Source of the DNA: a virus
Length of the DNA: 64,000 bases
Strand: one strand, 5' to 3'
IMG/VR virus record: IMGVR_UViG_3300001202_000001
The notes under the pieces are model-generated. The model saw only the letters and a program-made list of their open reading frames with translations, was not told where the DNA came from and did no database searches. A program made the position numbers and the translations under genes. Positions within the stretch are counted from its first letter, which is position 1. The number at the start of each line of letters is the position of its first letter. Shown here piece by piece: positions 60,753-64,000 of this stretch.

Positions 60753-62501
60753 ATGTTCCAAACACTAAAGTTTGAGGTTCAATTTAAGAATCCTCGCAAA
60801 GGACACAGTGGAAACTTTAAAGATAGTCATACCTTCAAAAAGGGTATGACTTTAATCTACGGTGCAAACGAAAAAGGTAAAAGCCTTAGAGCCGAGTACC
60901 TACGGTTTGCCCTATGGGGAAGAAAAGCCCTACGAGGTAAGGTCAGCGACTATAAGAAGCTGGTTGTAGATGTAGAGTTTCAACTGAAAGGAGTGGATTA
61001 TAGAATCCATAGAACCAAAAGTGATGCAACAATTTACCAAGGTGGCACGCCTATGGCTACAGGAACAAGTCCAGTTAACGATAAGATTGAAACTCTATTC
61101 GGATATGACATGGAAGTGTTCGACCTAGCCAATGCTGTATTGCAGGGTGAGGTAGAGGCACTAGGTAAGATGCAACCAGCAAGGCGTAAAGCCTTGGTTG
61201 ATAACCTGATTGGCTTAGGTGTTATAGACAGTACAATTAAAGACCTTGTGGAGACACGTAAGGCTTCCAAGGTGGCTCTAGCTACTCTTGAGTCTAATCT
61301 TATTGAGCCAGAGAAACCCAGTGTTTCACTAACACTAACAGAAGACGAAATCGTAGACTTCCCAAAGGTTAAACAGGATTATATCCGAGGATTAGCCATT
61401 GATAATGAACTACTTGGTCTTGGTGTTAGTCAACCAGAGAAACCAGAACCTTCTTATGATTGGGGTTTAGCTGAAATGTTCTCTGAATATCATCAACTCA
61501 TGCTGGCTCACGATGTAGCGGTTAAGTACCTTAATCGTATGCCAGATGTAGACGATACAGGTATGACCTTAGACGAGATTAGGGAAGCCTACACACAGGC
61601 TCTATCCTACGAGGCTTGTGAGAACGTAGAGTGTCCAGAGTGTGAGCACACATTCAACCCCTCGGGTTTTGAACAGCCTAAGCTAAGCTCTAAACAATGC
61701 GTAGCTCTAAGAGAACAGCAGCAACAGTTTAACCAATGGGTAGAAGCTAATGAAGCAGCCGTTAAAGCAGAGGTAACCCTGAACGATTACCTTGATGGTG
61801 CTAGCGCAGAAGCTATTGTAGCAGCTAAGAAAGGTGCTGACACTTATAAACAGGCTTTGATTGTTTATGATATGGCTCTCAAGGCTAATGAAGTATCAGA
61901 GAAGCGTAGACAGAAGCTAGAACAGGAACACATAAACTTAATCAAATACTCTGGAGATTTCAGAGAATATGAGAAAAAGTACAATGAGACCTTGACAGCA
62001 GCCCAACTTATCAGGCAGTATGATACCTATAAAAAGGCGTATGACACCCAGTTGGAAAAGGTGGAAACGCTCCGAGCGGAAGTAGAGAATTACGATACTG
62101 CCATTGTCGGTTTGAGAAATCTAAAGACGAGCATTAAGTCTTACCTTGTTCCAAGTTTGAACAAAGTGGCTTCTGCCTATCTGTCTCAAATGACCGATGG
62201 TTCACGTAGCTCTGTAGTTATTAGTGAGAACTTTGACATTGTAGTCGATGGACAACCAATGGAAGCACTCTCTGGTTCAGCGAAAGCTGTTGCCAACTTA
62301 GCTATCCGTCTAGCCCTTGGGCAGACGCTAACGAACTCTGTTTTCTCTGTCCTAATGGCAGATGAAATTGATGCCGCAATGGATAAGGAAAGAGCGGATT
62401 ACACAGCTAAGTGTCTCCGCAAATTGACTGGTAAGATTAAACAAATCATTATTATCAGTCATAAGAAACTTGAAGCAGATAATTACGTGGAGTTAACGTG
62501 A
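60753..62501 (+). CDS. SbcC/Rad50-like ATPase
   Basis: 582 aa. Walker A GANEKGKS, central coiled coil with CxxC hook (CPECEH), signature LSGSAK and Walker B LMADEID. Confidence 0.8.
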   Translation: MFQTLKFEVQFKNPRKGHSGNFKDSHTFKKGMTLIYGANEKGKSLRAEYLRFALWGRKALRGKVSDYKKLVVDVEFQLKGVDYRIHRTKSDATIYQGGTPMATGTSPVNDKIETLFGYDMEVFDLANAVLQGEVEALGKMQPARRKALVDNLIGLGVIDSTIKDLVETRKASKVALATLESNLIEPEKPSVSLTLTEDEIVDFPKVKQDYIRGLAIDNELLGLGVSQPEKPEPSYDWGLAEMFSEYHQLMLAHDVAVKYLNRMPDVDDTGMTLDEIREAYTQALSYEACENVECPECEHTFNPSGFEQPKLSSKQCVALREQQQQFNQWVEANEAAVKAEVTLNDYLDGASAEAIVAAKKGADTYKQALIVYDMALKANEVSEKRRQKLEQEHINLIKYSGDFREYEKKYNETLTAAQLIRQYDTYKKAYDTQLEKVETLRAEVENYDTAIVGLRNLKTSIKSYLVPSLNKVASAYLSQMTDGSRSSVVISENFDIVVDGQPMEALSGSAKAVANLAIRLALGQTLTNSVFSVLMADEIDAAMDKERADYTAKCLRKLTGKIKQIIIISHKKLEADNYVELT

Positions 62502-62920
62502 ACGTACAACAAGCAAAAGCAAATGTAGATGCTCTCCTGCCAAAGCAGCGAGAAGAACTACAAACCCTCTTAATCAGAGGTAAGGACTACCTACACGTAG
62601 CTCGGAAGTTAAAGATTTCCACAACCACGGTTCGTAACTTCGATATTATTACCAATGGTAGGTATGTCGTTAGTGAGGATGGTTATGGTAAAGTCTCTAT
62701 GAGAAAGTATATCATCAGTAGACGTTACATTGACCAAGAGTGGCCAGCTATGGATGATGTTGTTATCGAGAACACCCGTAAGGATTACGATGCTGGTAAA
62801 GTAGAAATGGTAACAGGCCGTGATGGTTTTTATCAACTTCTTTATAGAATCCCACGCACACGAATTGATAAGAAACGGAAACCATATTTTGAGGGAGTGA
62901 ATGATGCAACAATATCTTAA
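62498..62920 (+). CDS. HTH protein (sigma region 4 / LuxR-like N-terminus)
   Basis: 140 aa. GTG start in a GTGA overlap. [35 protein letters not shown]. Confidence 0.5.
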   Translation: MNVQQAKANVDALLPKQREELQTLLIRGKDYLHVARKLKISTTTVRNFDIITNGRYVVSEDGYGKVSMRKYIISRRYIDQEWPAMDDVVIENTRKDYDAGKVEMVTGRDGFYQLLYRIPRTRIDKKRKPYFEGVNDATIS

Positions 62921-63797
62921 TCTATTAAAAGATATTCAAGACAACGGCGTCTTCACTGGAGACCGAACAGGGACAGGCACACAGTCTGTCTTTGGTCGCC
63001 AGTTACGCTTCGACATGAAAGATGGTTTCCCTCTGCTAACCACTAAGAAGCTCTACACTAGAGCCATTATCCATGAACTCCTATGGTTCATCAGTGGTTC
63101 CACTAACACTAAGTATCTCACTGACAATGATGTGAATATTTGGAATGAGTGGGCTGACGAAAACGGAGACCTTGGGCCTGTGTATGGAGCGCAGTGGAGA
63201 GCTTGGCCTAAAGGTGAGAGTTGTACCACTTGCTATGGGTCAGGTAAACTAAACGACGCCGAGGCGGGAGACATTTTCTATGATGAATGGGATTGTCCTG
63301 ACTGCAACGGTAGGGGTGAGTTTGTTGTAGACCAACTAGCACAAGTGATTGAAGGAATTAGGACTAATCCTAATGGTCGTCGTCACATCATTAGTGCATG
63401 GAATGTACCACAGATTCAAGACATGGCTCTACCACCTTGTCACTGCCTAATGCAGTTCAAGGTGTATGGGGATAAGTTACACCTCCAACTATACCAGCGT
63501 AGTGCTGACGTATTCTTAGGAGTGCCATTTAATGTTGCATCCTATGCACTTCTACTAGGTATGGTTGCTCAAGTGACAGGATTAAAAGCAGGTGAATTTA
63601 TCCATACCTTTGGAGACGTTCATATTTATAACAATCATCAGGAACAGGTTACCGAACAGCTAACACGGAAGCCTTATATGAAGCCTACGCTTCTATTAAA
63701 TCCTGATGTAAAGGAAATTGACGACTTTACATTTGATGATATTGAGATTAAAGGCTACACAAGCTGGCCCTCAATCAAAGGCGAAGTGTCAGTCTAA
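62901..63797 (+). CDS. thyA: Thymidylate synthase ThyA with Cys-rich insertion
   Basis: 298 aa. [25 protein letters not shown] (catalytic Cys), [23 protein letters not shown]. Carries an extra 33 aa relative to E. coli ThyA after RAWP. Confidence 0.9.
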   Translation: MMQQYLNLLKDIQDNGVFTGDRTGTGTQSVFGRQLRFDMKDGFPLLTTKKLYTRAIIHELLWFISGSTNTKYLTDNDVNIWNEWADENGDLGPVYGAQWRAWPKGESCTTCYGSGKLNDAEAGDIFYDEWDCPDCNGRGEFVVDQLAQVIEGIRTNPNGRRHIISAWNVPQIQDMALPPCHCLMQFKVYGDKLHLQLYQRSADVFLGVPFNVASYALLLGMVAQVTGLKAGEFIHTFGDVHIYNNHQEQVTEQLTRKPYMKPTLLLNPDVKEIDDFTFDDIEIKGYTSWPSIKGEVSV

Positions 63798-63814
63798 CAT
63801 AAGGAAAATTTAAA

Positions 63815-64000
63815 ATGGAAAGCCTAACAAGAACATCCATCATGATTTCAGATGGAACTTTTCACGATGTTTACAATTTGAGAGCAACAGCTTTCACCTT
63901 AGAGAACATTGCAATTTCACTTGGAAACGTCTGCCGATGGGGTGGACATTTAGGAGAGGTCACAAGCTCACCAGTTAGGACACGTAGAATACAGGCGCGT
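63815..64000 (+). CDS. Hypothetical protein, 5' fragment (runs off window)
   Basis: ATG 9 nt after AAGGA. MESLTRTSIMISDGTFHDVYNL...ISLGNVCRWGGH. Open to the window end. Weak resemblance to phage HD-phosphohydrolase N-termini. Confidence 0.45.
   Translation, partial: MESLTRTSIMISDGTFHDVYNLRATAFTLENIAISLGNVCRWGGHLGEVTSSPVRTRRIQAR

Noticed and set aside
1-64000. Searched by eye for CRISPR-like regularly spaced repeats, rRNA, integrase/excisionase, CI/Cro-type immunity genes and transposase/IS ends.
   Set aside because: None was found. The only regularly recurring elements are the palindromes and the promoter word reported above.

Overview
The window is a contiguous piece of a tailed dsDNA bacteriophage genome with two divergent arms that meet near 26.5 kb. 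I saw no integrase, CI-like repressor, rRNA or CRISPR array.

Left arm (1-26491, minus strand) is a lambda-like morphogenesis operon. In order it encodes gpA-type large terminase, portal, a five-gene fibre-like cassette, protease/scaffold, decoration protein and major capsid. Then come the head-tail connectors, major tail protein, G/GT chaperone pair with a -1 slippery site, a 1662-aa tape measure, and M/L/K(split)/I-like tail-tip genes. It ends with a J-like host-specificity ORF of more than 1750 aa. That ORF is missing from the ORF track because it runs off the window edge.

Right arm (26534-64000, mostly plus strand) holds early and replication genes:
- Replication and repair: prim-pol/SF3 helicase, SNF2 helicase, Rnl2-like ligase, FEN, family A DNA polymerase, RecU-like nuclease, DnaQ exonuclease, SbcCD-like nuclease and ThyA.
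- Accessory genes: rIIA/rIIB, a macro domain protein, a SAR-type SleB endolysin, a ppGpp-hydrolase-like HD protein, two lipoproteins, and GIY-YIG and HNH homing endonucleases.
- A tRNA cluster at 41.0-42.5 kb and about 30 small ORFs of unknown function.

The signals most worth a second look:
1. A family of 15-18 nt AGTCCT..AGGACT palindromes confined to the 31.7-42.4 kb early region and positioned next to start and stop codons.
2. A roughly 710-nt ORF-free region that ends in four abutting hairpins plus one of those palindromes.
3. A class II (long variable arm) tRNA with a UUU anticodon, plus several tRNA-like elements with defective arms.
4. A ThyA carrying a two-fold CxxCxGxG (DnaJ-type) insertion.
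5. An opposite-strand ribbon-helix-helix gene with operator-like repeats inside the tail operon.
6. Tandem duplicated C-terminal modules in the J-like protein.

All calls come from reading the sequence and the ORF track by eye. No searches were run.
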